NCBI GenBank assembly: GCA_039815375.1
Contig: JBCBZJ010000013.1
Span: 1 to 64,000 of the forward strand
Length of the DNA: 64,000 nt
Direction: 5' to 3'
DNA from: Verrucomicrobiota bacterium
Lineage (GTDB): Bacteria; Verrucomicrobiota; Verrucomicrobiia; Opitutales; Coraliomargaritaceae
Shown here: piece by piece, positions 10,238 to 21,424 of the stretch
How the letters are laid out: each line of letters starts with the position of its first letter
How positions within the stretch are numbered: the first letter of the stretch is position 1
Position numbers and translations under genes: made by a program
The notes under the pieces: generated by a model
What the model was told of the DNA's origin: nothing
The model's database searches: none
The model's input: only the letters and a program-made list of their open reading frames with translations

Positions 10238-10781
10238 TCAAGTCGGCGCGGCGGTCCTTGAAGGATTCCGATTTGGAGAGGCCGGAGGTCGACTCAAGGC
10301 TGCCTTTGGAAAGCTTATCTATACGTAGTGGATCGATACCTAACGTGCCGAGATAGCTACTTGAGCTCTCAGCGCGGCGGTCACCCAACGCAAGATTGTA
10401 TTCTGCAGTGCCATACCAATCGGCATGGCCTTCGATCAAAAGGCCTGCAGTCGGATTCGCTTCCAGGTAATCGGCAGCCTTCTGGAGCTTGGTGCGCTCG
10501 GATGCAGCAATTGAAGAAGAATCGAATCCAAAATAGATGGGCTCGAGAATACCGAATACCATTTCTCGACCGTTGTAGTAGCCGTTCTGTATGCCTTCGT
10601 TTCCATCACGAAGCTCCAAGCCATAGTTGCCGTCAAATTCGCCATCGGGAATTATATTTCCTCCAAAGTCACGACCACCGGTCACGCCACCTGAAGGAGA
10701 GGGGGCTTGCTTGTTTGTGCAGGCGGGGAGAAAAAGAATGGCGATAAGTAAAGCAGAGAAGAGACGGACCGACTTTTGCAT
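10224..10781 (-). CDS. pal: OmpA/Pal-family peptidoglycan-associated lipoprotein
   Basis: Lipobox LPAC; IYFGFDSS, IEGHAD, EYNLALGDRRA, DRRAD. Confidence 0.85.
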   Translation of the reverse strand: MQKSVRLFSALLIAILFLPACTNKQAPSPSGGVTGGRDFGGNIIPDGEFDGNYGLELRDGNEGIQNGYYNGREMVFGILEPIYFGFDSSSIAASERTKLQKAADYLEANPTAGLLIEGHADWYGTAEYNLALGDRRAESSSSYLGTLGIDPLRIDKLSKGSLESTSGLSKSESFKDRRADLIILK

Positions 10782-10867
10782 AATAGCGGAATCTGGTCGG
10801 ATGATTTGTCTCTCGCAAACTTTTTCCTTTCTTTATCTGCATAAATCTCAGAGCTGGAGAGACTTCA

Positions 10868-11680
10868 ATGCCCTCACATTCAATTTTCCTTGTCGACAAC
10901 GGCTCGCTTCGGCCTGATGCAACGTTTGCATTACGTGCCCTAGCGAGTGCGCTTTCCGGACATTTGGATACGGTAATCGAACCGGTCAGTCTGTTGCACT
11001 CGCACAAGATTGCTGCCAAGGATTTAGCCGGTGAACCGGCAACGATTGTGAAGCGCAGGATGCGCGAGTTGATTGCCGAAGGTCAGATGGACTTTGTTAT
11101 ATTGCCTCTCTTCCTCGGGCCGAGCCTTGCGATCACCGATTATCTTCCAAAAGTTGTTGAAGAGCTTAGGAAGAAATCACCAGAGCTCACGGTTCGTATT
11201 GCTTTGCCCTTGGGGGGTGCGGATGTCGACTTGCCGGACTCTCGGCTTGCCTTGATCTTGAAGGACCATCTGGACCAGCTCTTGAAGGATATTCCTGATG
11301 CTGAGGTGGCTTTGGTCGACCACGGCACGCCCATACGTCCAGTGAATCAACTCCGTGATGCGGTAGCTCTTCAACTCTCCGAAAAAACCGGTCGAGTGGT
11401 TCAACCTTGCTCGATGGAGCGACGTGAAGGTCCCGAGTATGCCTTCAATGAGCCTTTGCTTGAAAATCTTGCATCGAGTGATCCTGTCCGAAAAAGCCTG
11501 GTGCTCCTCATGTTCTTTCTGCTGCCGGGCAGACATGCGGGTGCAGGCGGCGACGTCGCTGAAATCATAGAAGGCCTGCGCGCGCGGGGCAACTATGATG
11601 AAATCAGGGTGAGTCCACTGATGGGTGAGCACCCTTTGTTGTTGGAACTGCTCCGCGAACGTCTCGAGGCGGTGCTCTAG
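10868..11680 (+). CDS. CbiX/SirB-like chelatase domain protein
   Basis: [31 protein letters not shown] repeated-domain pattern. Confidence 0.75.
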   Translation: MPSHSIFLVDNGSLRPDATFALRALASALSGHLDTVIEPVSLLHSHKIAAKDLAGEPATIVKRRMRELIAEGQMDFVILPLFLGPSLAITDYLPKVVEELRKKSPELTVRIALPLGGADVDLPDSRLALILKDHLDQLLKDIPDAEVALVDHGTPIRPVNQLRDAVALQLSEKTGRVVQPCSMERREGPEYAFNEPLLENLASSDPVRKSLVLLMFFLLPGRHAGAGGDVAEIIEGLRARGNYDEIRVSPLMGEHPLLLELLRERLEAVL

Positions 11681-12321
11681 TTCCCGATCGTAATTAAACC
11701 ATTGTTGATCGCGTAGCGCGTGAGACTGGCTACATCGTGTAGGTCGAGCTTGCGCATCAGATTGGTGCGATGGTTTTCAGCGGTCTTTACGCTGATCTCA
11801 AGTTTCTCGGCGATCTCACGAGTGCTGTTACTCTCTGCGATAAGTTGAAGAATCTCACGCTCACGCTTAGTTAGAATATTTACACCCGACTCGCTGGATT
11901 TTGGATCTGCCATGGCATCGCGCAGGAGCAGGGCCACATCAGGTCCGAAGTAGCTTCCGCCGCTGGAGACAATTTCAATACCTTTGCGAAGCTCGGTAAG
12001 TGGTGCAGATTTTTCAACGAAGCCATGTGCACCAGCCTGGAGAAGCTCACGAATCAGGCCCGGGCTTTGGTAGCCGGAGAAAATGAGCACACGGGTTTCG
12101 GGCATTTCCTTGGCAAAACGGCGCAGAATCTCGGTGCCGTTCAGCTTGGGCAGCATCACGTCGAGGATGACAAAGTCGGGCTTGAGTTCTAAAGACTTGT
12201 CGCAGCCCTCCTGTCCGTCACCGGTCCCAAGGATAACTTCGTATTCATTCGGGTCTAGCACTGCCTGACTGACCATCTCGCGAATAGCGGTTTGATCTTC
12301 AATAATTGCTACGGTTTTCAT
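11677..12321 (-). CDS. NarL/LuxR-family response regulator
   Basis: Receiver IIED...LDVMLP; Lux[13 protein letters not shown]...[17 protein letters not shown]; start at 12321 because the longer ORF runs into the tRNA. Confidence 0.92.
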   Translation of the reverse strand: MKTVAIIEDQTAIREMVSQAVLDPNEYEVILGTGDGQEGCDKSLELKPDFVILDVMLPKLNGTEILRRFAKEMPETRVLIFSGYQSPGLIRELLQAGAHGFVEKSAPLTELRKGIEIVSSGGSYFGPDVALLLRDAMADPKSSESGVNILTKREREILQLIAESNSTREIAEKLEISVKTAENHRTNLMRKLDLHDVASLTRYAINNGLITIGN

Positions 12322-12354
12322 TATTAGAGAGGGTGTCTGATTTATATTTAGGTC

Positions 12355-12443
<89 letters not shown>

Positions 12444-12583
12444 CTAATGTTTCCAATTATTTTTTGGGGCATATACCTCACAGTGCAAGTGCTTATATCA
12501 ACCTGATGCAGCCTTTTACCTCTTTTGAGCAATTCTAAACGCTAATTTTGGGCCAACCAGAAATTAACTATCCACTTTTAGGG

Positions 12584-14131
12584 CTAGTAGAACACACTTC
12601 TGTCGAGACTACGGTATTGAATCGCTTCAAGTAAATGGGGTGTTTCGATTTGATTGGCGCAAGCCAGATCTGCGATCGTGCGTGCGACGCGAAGAATGCG
12701 GTCATAAGCACGCGCAGAAAGTGCAAGCTGTTCCATCGCCTGCTGAAGTAACGCGCCCTGTTCTTTATCGATGTGGCAATGCCGACGAATTTGGGAATGT
12801 GACATCCTTGCGTTACAGCGATTTGAAGGCTCGCGGATCTCCGAGAAGCGTTGCGTCTGGAGTTCACGGGCAGATGCACAGCGGTCGCGGATCGTTGCCG
12901 AGCTCTCACCGGGTGTCTCATTACGTAATTCATTGATCCGCAGGGTGGGGGCTTCGATATGAATATCGATTCGGTCGAGTAGTGGTCCGCTAATCCTGGA
13001 ACGATAGCGCTGTATTTGTGGAACAGTGCAGCGGCACTCACGGGAGGTGTCGCCATTGTAGCCGCAGGGGCAGGGATTCATGGCCGCGACCAGCATCATG
13101 GAACAGGGCAGGGTGATCTTTCCCGCACTCCTGGAAATTGTAACGGTCCCGTCCTCGAGGGGTTGACGCAGCACTTCGAGTGTAGAGCGTTTGAATTCGG
13201 GCAGTTCGTCGAGGAAAAGGACGCCGTTGTGTGCGAGTGAGATTTCGCCCGGGCCGGGGACTGTTCCGCCGCCAAGTAGGCCGACATCACTTATGGTGTG
13301 GTGTGGTGAACGGAACGGCCTCGCGAAATTACGGTTTTCTTGGCGAAGTGTCGATCCGGCGGCGGACTGAATGCTAAGGATTTCCAGGAACTCATCGATC
13401 TGTGGCTCAGGCATGATCGTGGGAATGCGTTTTGCGACCATGGACTTACCGGAGCCCGGCGATCCGATCATGAGCAAGTTATGTGAACCTGCAACCGCGA
13501 CTTCGACGGCGCGGCGCAGGGCTTGCTGGCCCTTTACCTCGGAGAAGTCGATGCTCTGGTTCTGAGGAGAGCTCTGGAAATACGAGCTTTGCTGGCTAGG
13601 TGTGGGCTGAATTTCCAGTTCCCCGTTCAAGAAGCGAACCACCTGATCGAGGCTGTCGGCCGGGTAAACGGATACGCCTTCGACAAGAGCAGCCTCGTCG
13701 GCAGATTCGCGTGGGATGATGATGCCTTTTTTACCTGATTGCCTGGCGAGTATGGCCATAGCCAGACTTCCTTTGATCGGCCGCGTATTGCCAGAGAGGC
13801 TGAGTTCACCGGCGATGAGGAATTGCTCGAGCGGCTCCTTTTCGCACTTTTGCATGGAAGCAAGTATGCCGATTGCAATTGGCAGATCATAGGCTGGGCC
13901 TTCTTTGCGTAGGTCGCCGGGCGCGAGATTGATGGTCGTGCGTGTGGCGGGGGCTCGATACCCACTGTTGGTCAGCGCGGAATAGACCCTGTCCTGCGAT
14001 TCTTTTACCGCAGCGTCCGGCAAGCCGACTACGATAAATTTGAGTTCACCGGCCTCACCCGTGTTTACCTCCACCTGAACAGGGTGGGCCTCGACCCCGA
14101 CGAGGGCTGCTGATTGTGTAGTGCCTAACAT
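12584..14131 (-). CDS. comM: YifB/ComM Mg-chelatase-like AAA+ ATPase
   Basis: [62 protein letters not shown]. Confidence 0.93.
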   Translation of the reverse strand: MLGTTQSAALVGVEAHPVQVEVNTGEAGELKFIVVGLPDAAVKESQDRVYSALTNSGYRAPATRTTINLAPGDLRKEGPAYDLPIAIGILASMQKCEKEPLEQFLIAGELSLSGNTRPIKGSLAMAILARQSGKKGIIIPRESADEAALVEGVSVYPADSLDQVVRFLNGELEIQPTPSQQSSYFQSSPQNQSIDFSEVKGQQALRRAVEVAVAGSHNLLMIGSPGSGKSMVAKRIPTIMPEPQIDEFLEILSIQSAAGSTLRQENRNFARPFRSPHHTISDVGLLGGGTVPGPGEISLAHNGVLFLDELPEFKRSTLEVLRQPLEDGTVTISRSAGKITLPCSMMLVAAMNPCPCGYNGDTSRECRCTVPQIQRYRSRISGPLLDRIDIHIEAPTLRINELRNETPGESSATIRDRCASARELQTQRFSEIREPSNRCNARMSHSQIRRHCHIDKEQGALLQQAMEQLALSARAYDRILRVARTIADLACANQIETPHLLEAIQYRSLDRSVFY

Positions 14132-14536
14132 AATTGAAATGATGAATTCCAGAAAATGTGAACATTTATTCAGTTATGTCCATGATTTATGGATTTCTTT
14201 TGACCTGGGGGCCGATTATCCAGTTGAAGGAGATGGATCTGTTCGTCAGTCGGGAGGTTGCCGAGGTCTATGTTTTCAAGACCCATCAATATTGAGCAGA
14301 ATGTTCTGATAAGAAGACAGAATGCTTGATTCGCTTTGGTGCAAAGACTCCGAATGGTCCTGACTGATGGATTCAGTTTCAGATTAGGAGACCACCCTGT
14401 TGTATCGCTTTAAGAGGATCCGGAATCGAAGCTTCGGCGGATACATAATCGGATATGTATTACAATAGAATAACTGTATTAAGTCTTAGTTTTTTCTTGC
14501 TCGTTTTTATTAAATCTAACTATTCATAGATTTTAT

Positions 14537-16648
14537 ATGCGCATCGAAAACAAAAATCAAAATAGTCGTTTGATTCCGCGACGTGACTTTCTTTCTCAAT
14601 CAGCCTTGACGCTTGCCGGTCTTGGTTTGGTGGGGGCGACACGTGCGACGGTTGCAGCACCTGAGAAGGCGAAACTAGCGCCTAAAGGTGCGAAGATTGA
14701 GAGCATCGCGATCTTCCCGGCAATCGGCCTCTGCCGTGTCGGTAACAGCGAAAAGTTTTTCTATGCACCGGAAGTGCCTGGAGTCGCTCCGGATCCGGAG
14801 GGCGGTTTCAAGGATGGGGTGAACAAATATAAGAAGCAGGTGCAGCGCTTCCGGATTTATGGTTTTGATGCTAAAGGCCGGGTTGTGCGTGAAATCAGCA
14901 AGGATGCGGGTGATGACATTGAGTGGAGTGTGCACCTGGCAAATACGAAGGGTGCCTGGTATGAGTTTAACAGCCCGATGGACATGGGGATGGAAACTCC
15001 GGGCCTTACAGGCCAGTTGCGTAACCAGTTTTTCAATGGAAGTGAGCGCGAATCGCTCTTGATCGATCCCGGGCTCAAGCAAATCCGTTCGAATGAGACC
15101 GATGGCGTGGAACTTGTGGGCAGCTTTTGGAAGCAACCGGATCAAGTGAGTGTCAAGTTAGGTGAGTTGAAAGTCGACGAGGCCGGGCGCCTGTTGGTTT
15201 TTCCCGGCGATGGCAAGGGTGCATCGGTGACCCCGGTGAATCCGATTGCCAGTTTCTCGGATAATGACGGCTGGTATGATGATTGGTGCGATGGTCCGGT
15301 GCATGCGGCGGTCACTCTTAAGGGCGGTGAGGAGCTCAAGGCGGAAGGCGCATGGGTCACTTGTTGCGGTCCGAATTTCTCTCCGGAGATTAATGCCTTT
15401 ATCACGCTCTATGATGTGGTCCGTGATGTGATGGTAAACGGTAAGGACTTTGCGGGCAAAGAGCCTTTAGAGCCTCAACTCAAAAGGCGTATCTCTTTCC
15501 TGGAAGAAGTTTACCCACTCTTCCTGCGTTTGGGACAAATGGAGTGGCTGGCCAACGCTGCTCAACTGAGGGAAGGCTGGATTGATGCTCCGAATTTTCT
15601 CGATGAAGCGACGATGCAGAAATTAGCGGATCCGTCTCCTCAGAATGCAGCTTACCGCATGTCTGTGTTTAAAATGTTCCGGGACCCTGCAAGTGAGAAG
15701 ATCGAGCAATACAAGCTACCCTTTATGCTGGGAAGCGGTGCGAATTATGATTTCAGCCCGGCACACTGGTTTCTCATGCCAAAGCTTCAGTATGATGTCC
15801 TGACTAAATGGGCGAAAGGTGAGTTTGAAAATGATTTGGAGCGGGAAGAGAGCAAGATCCGCTCACTCGACGAAGTTGCCCTGGAGCACCAGCCGGATGC
15901 ACTCACACGTGCCGCACTGGAGCCTTGTTCCGGGGGTGCCTTTCATCCGGGTGTCGAGATGACCTGGCCCCTACGCCAGGAAGCCTTGTTCAGGGATGAT
16001 TTGCCGTATCGAATTGCTGAGGGCAATCGGTCTAGTTTGTTGCAGAACGATGTTGTCGGGCGTTTGATGACACCGGTGACTGCCTTTAACTCGGATGATG
16101 CCCTACGCGGTGACCCTGAGCATCGCAGTGGAGAAGCCTTCACCTTTGTGCCTGGGAAAGGCGCTCCCATCGGCCCTCAAATGGCGGGTGATCTCACTCG
16201 ATGGTTGGGGCTTCCATGGTTTGGAGACGCCTTTAGTTGCGGTCTCGCCATTGAATACGCGAATGAGTTTCCGAATGCCATCTGGTGGCCGGCTCTGACG
16301 CCGATCGATGTCTTGCCGGAGCTGTATTATAACCAGATTGCGGCGGATGAGGTTTCGGATGCAGACAAACTGAAGTTTTTTGAAAAACGGGTCCCTTGGG
16401 TTCGCGGCGTTCGCGGTATTGGCCTCCACGTTCAGGCAAGCTACATCGATGGGCTGGCCCGCAATGTGGACTTGTGGAGCCGTTTGGGGATTGTTGTCAA
16501 AAAGAAGCGCCCGGATAATCTGTCGCCTGAATTGAAGAAGATCATTCCCGAGGAAATTTTTGTCGAAATGGAGCGCGGGTCGATGGATTTGATGACGGAC
16601 CAGGCCCCCAATCCGGGTCGCCATGCACCAATCGATTCCGAAAGTTAA
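14537..16648 (+). CDS. LodA/GoxA-family CTQ-dependent amino acid oxidase with Tat signal
   Basis: Tat PRRDFL; IFPAIGLCRVGNS, GWYDDWCDGPV, CSGGAFHPGVEMTW, GDLTRWLGLPWxxDAFSC, WWP. Confidence 0.9.
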   Translation: MRIENKNQNSRLIPRRDFLSQSALTLAGLGLVGATRATVAAPEKAKLAPKGAKIESIAIFPAIGLCRVGNSEKFFYAPEVPGVAPDPEGGFKDGVNKYKKQVQRFRIYGFDAKGRVVREISKDAGDDIEWSVHLANTKGAWYEFNSPMDMGMETPGLTGQLRNQFFNGSERESLLIDPGLKQIRSNETDGVELVGSFWKQPDQVSVKLGELKVDEAGRLLVFPGDGKGASVTPVNPIASFSDNDGWYDDWCDGPVHAAVTLKGGEELKAEGAWVTCCGPNFSPEINAFITLYDVVRDVMVNGKDFAGKEPLEPQLKRRISFLEEVYPLFLRLGQMEWLANAAQLREGWIDAPNFLDEATMQKLADPSPQNAAYRMSVFKMFRDPASEKIEQYKLPFMLGSGANYDFSPAHWFLMPKLQYDVLTKWAKGEFENDLEREESKIRSLDEVALEHQPDALTRAALEPCSGGAFHPGVEMTWPLRQEALFRDDLPYRIAEGNRSSLLQNDVVGRLMTPVTAFNSDDALRGDPEHRSGEAFTFVPGKGAPIGPQMAGDLTRWLGLPWFGDAFSCGLAIEYANEFPNAIWWPALTPIDVLPELYYNQIAADEVSDADKLKFFEKRVPWVRGVRGIGLHVQASYIDGLARNVDLWSRLGIVVKKKRPDNLSPELKKIIPEEIFVEMERGSMDLMTDQAPNPGRHAPIDSES

Positions 16649-16666
16649 CTGGCAAAGAAAGTCGAA

Positions 16667-17818
16667 TTGGCTGAAGTCTATGATTGTATTCTGGTTGGTG
16701 ATGGTGTCGCTGCCAATGCAGTTAAGCTTGAACTAGCCATCCGTGCCCCGGAACTGCGTGTCTTACAAATTGCCGGAGCCCGGAATCCGATTCGATATAA
16801 AGTTGGTGAGCACCTTTCTGCAGCTGCAAATATTCAATTGAAGCATTTTGGCCTTTGGGATGACTTCCTTAGTGCCGGTTTTCTGGAGGTTCGGAGTAGC
16901 TATTCCAGTTGGGGGAGTCCACTTTTGGAGGAACGAAATACCTGGGGAGACTCGCGAGGCAGTGGTTGGAGTCTGGACCGTGTCGCTTTTGAACACTGGT
17001 TTTCTCAATGTGCGAAAGATCGGAGCCGATGTTCTCACTTGAGTGGAAATGTGATCGGGGTGGATTTTTCAGATCACGCACAGGTGTCGATTGCCCTTGC
17101 TGGCGGCGACGTTGCTCAGGCGCGCTTCGTTATTGATGCCTCAGGGCGTGCGTCGGTCGTTGCACGCACACAGACGGTTCGCCGGCGTCTGGATCGATTG
17201 ACGGCGACCTATAACTACCTGGAGCAAGTGGATACTGGTATAGAAGCGACTGCCGGACCCATGGTTGAAGCATGCCCCGGCGGATGGTTTTATTCTGCCT
17301 TACTTCCCCAACGGAAACTAATCGTCGCCTGGTTTACGGATAGCGATCTGGTCGAGAAGGGGAAAGGTAATTTGAGTGGAGGGCAGGCTCGCTCTGCCAT
17401 GTTGAAAGCCCGCATAGAGAAGAGTGACTATACTTTGCGCCGTATTGAGAGCGCAGGATTTTCTTTAGGGCGGTTTTGCTTCGAAGAAGCGATCACTGCC
17501 GATGCAAGCACGCGAGTAAACGACAGCGCCGTGGGGGAGCATTGGGCTGCGGTTGGCGATGCTTCAGCGGCTTTTGATCCTTTGGCATCACATGGTTTGA
17601 CTACAGCGCTCTGGTCCGGCCGACAGGTTGCCGAGGCTATGACGGGTGCACTGCAAGGTCACAAAGATGGCTTGCGCGAATATAATACAAGCTTCCTGGC
17701 AGGCGTTACGAAGTTGCGTAGGGAATTCAGACAACACTACCGGGCGGAGCAGCGTTTCACAGATACTTTTTGGATACGGCGACAGGCAGAAAGTTTGGTT
17801 GCACCTGAAACAGTGTAG
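16667..17818 (+). CDS. LodB/GoxB-like FAD-dependent maturation flavoprotein
   Basis: KVGEHL, SSWGS, GWSLDRVAFE, FVIDASGR, AVGDASAAFDPLASHG; directly after the lodA-like gene. Confidence 0.85.
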   Translation: MAEVYDCILVGDGVAANAVKLELAIRAPELRVLQIAGARNPIRYKVGEHLSAAANIQLKHFGLWDDFLSAGFLEVRSSYSSWGSPLLEERNTWGDSRGSGWSLDRVAFEHWFSQCAKDRSRCSHLSGNVIGVDFSDHAQVSIALAGGDVAQARFVIDASGRASVVARTQTVRRRLDRLTATYNYLEQVDTGIEATAGPMVEACPGGWFYSALLPQRKLIVAWFTDSDLVEKGKGNLSGGQARSAMLKARIEKSDYTLRRIESAGFSLGRFCFEEAITADASTRVNDSAVGEHWAAVGDASAAFDPLASHGLTTALWSGRQVAEAMTGALQGHKDGLREYNTSFLAGVTKLRREFRQHYRAEQRFTDTFWIRRQAESLVAPETV

Positions 17819-18259
17819 GCTTTTGCACCGTCATGAATCGCGAATGCAAAAGGGCTTTTTAGGAGGAGGTAAAAATTCAGGCAACCATGGTCTTTGAAAA
17901 GGTTCTTTAGCACTACAAATCAAATTTAAACGAGTCTATAGTCTCAACAGCAGGTCAGGTAAAAAATGATCTTAAGTTCGCGCCATCAGTACTCAGAAAC
18001 TTGTGCGAAGAAGTTGATTTTCGTGTAGGGAGTTCTGATGTATACAAAAGCATGCGCTTCCAGCATTTGGTTGTATGAGCGCTTTATTTTGTAAAAACTA
18101 ATTAGTATTCATCCGAAAACTAACGTAAAATGGTCTTTTGAGACCATGTTGGCATAACAGTAACGGCGATAGCACAAAAAGTTTTTTAGATCGCAGTATA
18201 TCTTGCTCTCGACCCTATGCACAGTTCGATTTCAAGCTATTGGCTTACCAATACAAGAG

Positions 18260-19096
18260 ATGAGGATTGTTGCCTACCTAATGCCATGCCTTATAGCACC
18301 ACTGCTATTTAGTGAAGAAACGACACCAGCCCTGACTGAGTCAGAGGCGCTTGAAATTGTCTATGCGCAGCGAGAAGCAAAGGCAGCTCTAGAGCTTGAG
18401 CGCAAACAGCGTATTCTTGGGGTTGAGGCCGAGAATGAAACTGTTCTCGATAGAGGCAGCCACAAAATGATCTTACGGCGTGTGGGCTGGCAGCCTCTTG
18501 TTGCTCAGATTGAGACTGAAAGTGCTTCCGCTGGAACGGACACAGACTTTTCCGGTATCGTGCCCGAGCATTCTATGATTTCCATAAGCTCTACCGTTTA
18601 TGATGACACCTTCACGAAGGTGACATGGCGTGAACCGGGTGCTGCCGGAACCAAGCCAATTAATGTCTGGGTCAATCGGAATCTCAAATACTTAAGCCTC
18701 ATTCATCAGTTCACCCAGAATGGAGTTCATTACAGCTATGTCGGTCCAACCCAAAGCATCGATACAGATGCCTATGTGACGCACCCCGTTACCGGCGAAC
18801 AATTCCCACGCTATGATTTGCCGGACTGGATGCCGACCGCTGAAGACTTCCCCTCCGATACGTCTGCCTACCTTGTTGTTCTTGAAGATGAGACGTCTGT
18901 TGTTCCTCAACTTCTCTACCAGCAAATGGATGCGCTCTTAGTGCATTTCACTGAAAACGAGCCCGAGCTACTCGCGTCTTACCAGCGCAAAGAGGCTTTG
19001 AAAAAGGCTAAAGCACAACTCGACGAACAGGAGCCGGAAGCCAAACCTGATGTAGTGATCAACTACTGGCCTATTCAAAGCAACGCAGACCTTTAA
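18260..19096 (+). CDS. Secreted hypothetical protein, first gene of the RHS operon
   Basis: Signal-peptide-like start at ATG 18260; 6 bp gap to the next gene; no recognisable family. Confidence 0.7.
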   Translation: MRIVAYLMPCLIAPLLFSEETTPALTESEALEIVYAQREAKAALELERKQRILGVEAENETVLDRGSHKMILRRVGWQPLVAQIETESASAGTDTDFSGIVPEHSMISISSTVYDDTFTKVTWREPGAAGTKPINVWVNRNLKYLSLIHQFTQNGVHYSYVGPTQSIDTDAYVTHPVTGEQFPRYDLPDWMPTAEDFPSDTSAYLVVLEDETSVVPQLLYQQMDALLVHFTENEPELLASYQRKEALKKAKAQLDEQEPEAKPDVVINYWPIQSNADL

Positions 19097-19102
19097 GACG
19101 AT

Positions 19103-21424
19103 ATGCGAAAACTCCTATTCTGTTTTTCCCTTACTGGGCTGGCTTCGACCAGTGTTTTAACCGGGCAAACTTCGACCGACCTGAATGAAGGCACGCAGGT
19201 TAATACAAGCACGACACCGGATAACTATATCTTTTCATGGTGGGGCAAGACCGGTCGTTTCTACGTAATCGAACACAGTGTAGATTTACTCTCCCCGTGG
19301 AACCACATTCGTGCGATTGAACCCGGGTATGACGAGGCTGCCGAATGGGGCTTTGCGACCAATTCAGATAAGTTCTTCCTCAGACTAAAATATACCGATG
19401 ATGCTCTGATCGGTTCATTCTATGGGGATGACGATCTCGATGGTATTATTAACGGTGTCGAATTATTACTTGGCTATTCTGCAATTACCGCTAACGGCAA
19501 TACAGATGGCGATTTGCTGACAGACCGTCAGGAACTTGCGTTGGGTCTCGATCCAAATAATAATACCGACGCAGTTGACGGTGATGCTGACGGCGTAGTC
19601 GATGCAATCGAAAGACTCTATGGTCTATCCACTTCCGGCACCACCGATTTGGACGGAGATTCGATGCATGATGAGTGGGAGCTACTGAACTACCTTGATC
19701 CAGCGATTAATGATGCATCTGACGACCCGGATGCAGACAACAGGACAAACCTGCAGGAATTTACCGATGGCACCAACCCCTGGGCTTTTGATACCGATGG
19801 CGATACCATCCCCGATGATGTCGAAATCACCAATTCACTTGATCCTACTATCGCCGACCGTATCCGGACGCGAAACAACTACACTTTGCAATTCAGTTCC
19901 GATCTTGAGGATGATGAAAATCAGTTTGTCGACCGCGTTTCTGAAAACGGAGGCTTTACCGTTAATGACGGCTCAGTGATTGCGGCCATAGACAATTCCG
20001 GCTTGGTCTATGCAGTTGGAGATAATTCCCGAGGCCAGTTCGGTTTGGGCAGTGCTGCCGTGGGTAACGTCTACACCACTCCGATTGCGACCGGATTCAG
20101 TGGAATCAAAAGCGTTGCCGTAGGACGGGGAACAATCCACGCAGTTGAAACTGCGGGCACTGTCCGTGCGGCTGGAGCACAGGACCTTGGACGTCTCGGT
20201 AATGGTCTGACCACTTCTGCAGATGTAGATATGCCGGTTACCCTTTCCGGCTTTACCAATGTCAGTTCCATCAATGCCCGATCTGAAGGTGAATACTATG
20301 ATGCGGTTGTTTCAGGAGATATTTACGTATGGGGCACCAATCTCTTGGACGCGTTTTCCAACTATTACGGCGACGGTTCATTCACGACCGCAGAGCCCAC
20401 GCCGTTCGGCCCCTTGAAAGGCATTAGCGATGCCGAGCGTTTGTCTTCCGATTATACAGATGCCCGAAGCAGTCAGGCAGCGACCGTCTTGGAGAATGGC
20501 TCTGTTCTAATGTGGGGGACGAACGCCACTGGTTCCCTAACGGTAAATAGTGATAATCTCTATCTTACTAGCGAGAATAGCTTTGAGACAGTGTCCGGGC
20601 TTCCTGCCATGGAAGAGGTATCGCTATACTACGGTTCAGTGGCAGCTCTGGACCGATCAGGTGGCTTATGGACTTGGGGTGCGTTCAATGGTTTTAGTGG
20701 CAGCGTCAATTATACGGCTCAGAGAACCCCCGCACTTGCCGCAACTGAAGTTCCAGTTCGCGCCTTGTCTGCCGCGAATTATGACGATTTCACTCCTCTG
20801 AATTTTAAAGACAGCTATGGCCTCTTCCTCGGCGACGATGGCCATGTGCGGCGCTTTCAGTGGCTTGAAGATAGTGATGTATATGCGACTGCGGGCGGTG
20901 ATTTGGGTAAATTCTATGTGCGCCCATTGGATCTGCCTTTTCGGGTTATTGCACTGACTTCGACTATAAACGGGGCATTTCTGCTCAGTGAGACGGGCGA
21001 CCTATACAAGTATTCCGAGGTCGTCGGTGTCGCCGAAGTCATCGAATTGGAAGAAATCGCTATTCCGAACTTTTTTGCTTCGACCGATAGCAATGGTGAC
21101 GGGCTTAGTGATGCTCTGGAACGCTTCCTCGGCCTGAATCCTTCAAGTGCAGATACCAATGGCGATGGGATAACCGATTTCATTTCCGTCCAGCTTGGTC
21201 TCGATTCCACAGCATGGGATCTGGATGGCGATGGTATTCCAAATGAGGTGGAAATCGCCAATGGCCTGGATCCGAACGCTCAGGACTCCGATGGAGATGG
21301 GATGCTCGATAACGAAGAGTTCTACCTGAAGGATCGTCTGAACAACTATATTCTAGCCACCGAGCCTAACACCTCCGGCCCCGACATTGTTCTTGTTGAG
21401 CCGAGTTCGGCCACTGCCCTTTGA
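19103..21424 (+). CDS. Secreted protein with TSP3-like Ca-binding DxDxDG repeats and an RCC1-like propeller
   Basis: Signal peptide; many DxDGDG..D..E...G.DP repeats; RCC1-like VYAVGDNSRGQFGLG, VLMWGTN, LWTWG. Confidence 0.8.
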   Translation: MRKLLFCFSLTGLASTSVLTGQTSTDLNEGTQVNTSTTPDNYIFSWWGKTGRFYVIEHSVDLLSPWNHIRAIEPGYDEAAEWGFATNSDKFFLRLKYTDDALIGSFYGDDDLDGIINGVELLLGYSAITANGNTDGDLLTDRQELALGLDPNNNTDAVDGDADGVVDAIERLYGLSTSGTTDLDGDSMHDEWELLNYLDPAINDASDDPDADNRTNLQEFTDGTNPWAFDTDGDTIPDDVEITNSLDPTIADRIRTRNNYTLQFSSDLEDDENQFVDRVSENGGFTVNDGSVIAAIDNSGLVYAVGDNSRGQFGLGSAAVGNVYTTPIATGFSGIKSVAVGRGTIHAVETAGTVRAAGAQDLGRLGNGLTTSADVDMPVTLSGFTNVSSINARSEGEYYDAVVSGDIYVWGTNLLDAFSNYYGDGSFTTAEPTPFGPLKGISDAERLSSDYTDARSSQAATVLENGSVLMWGTNATGSLTVNSDNLYLTSENSFETVSGLPAMEEVSLYYGSVAALDRSGGLWTWGAFNGFSGSVNYTAQRTPALAATEVPVRALSAANYDDFTPLNFKDSYGLFLGDDGHVRRFQWLEDSDVYATAGGDLGKFYVRPLDLPFRVIALTSTINGAFLLSETGDLYKYSEVVGVAEVIELEEIAIPNFFASTDSNGDGLSDALERFLGLNPSSADTNGDGITDFISVQLGLDSTAWDLDGDGIPNEVEIANGLDPNAQDSDGDGMLDNEEFYLKDRLNNYILATEPNTSGPDIVLVEPSSATAL

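Noticed and set aside
14154..14172. AAATGT-GA-ACATTT / GAAC-N4-ATTC palindromes upstream of comM as an SOS box
   Set aside because: Short, AT-rich and imperfect; cannot be assigned without a genome-wide motif scan
14225..14420. Possible glycine riboswitch upstream of the GoxA-like gene (GGGAG...GCCGAGG...TTTCAAG)
   Set aside because: Lacks the conserved GGAGA, CCGAAG and CTCAGG elements with supporting stems
15814..15823. 10-nt match of the spacer 6 seed (GAAAGGTGAG) inside the lodA-like gene
   Set aside because: Expected by chance at this length and lies mid-gene
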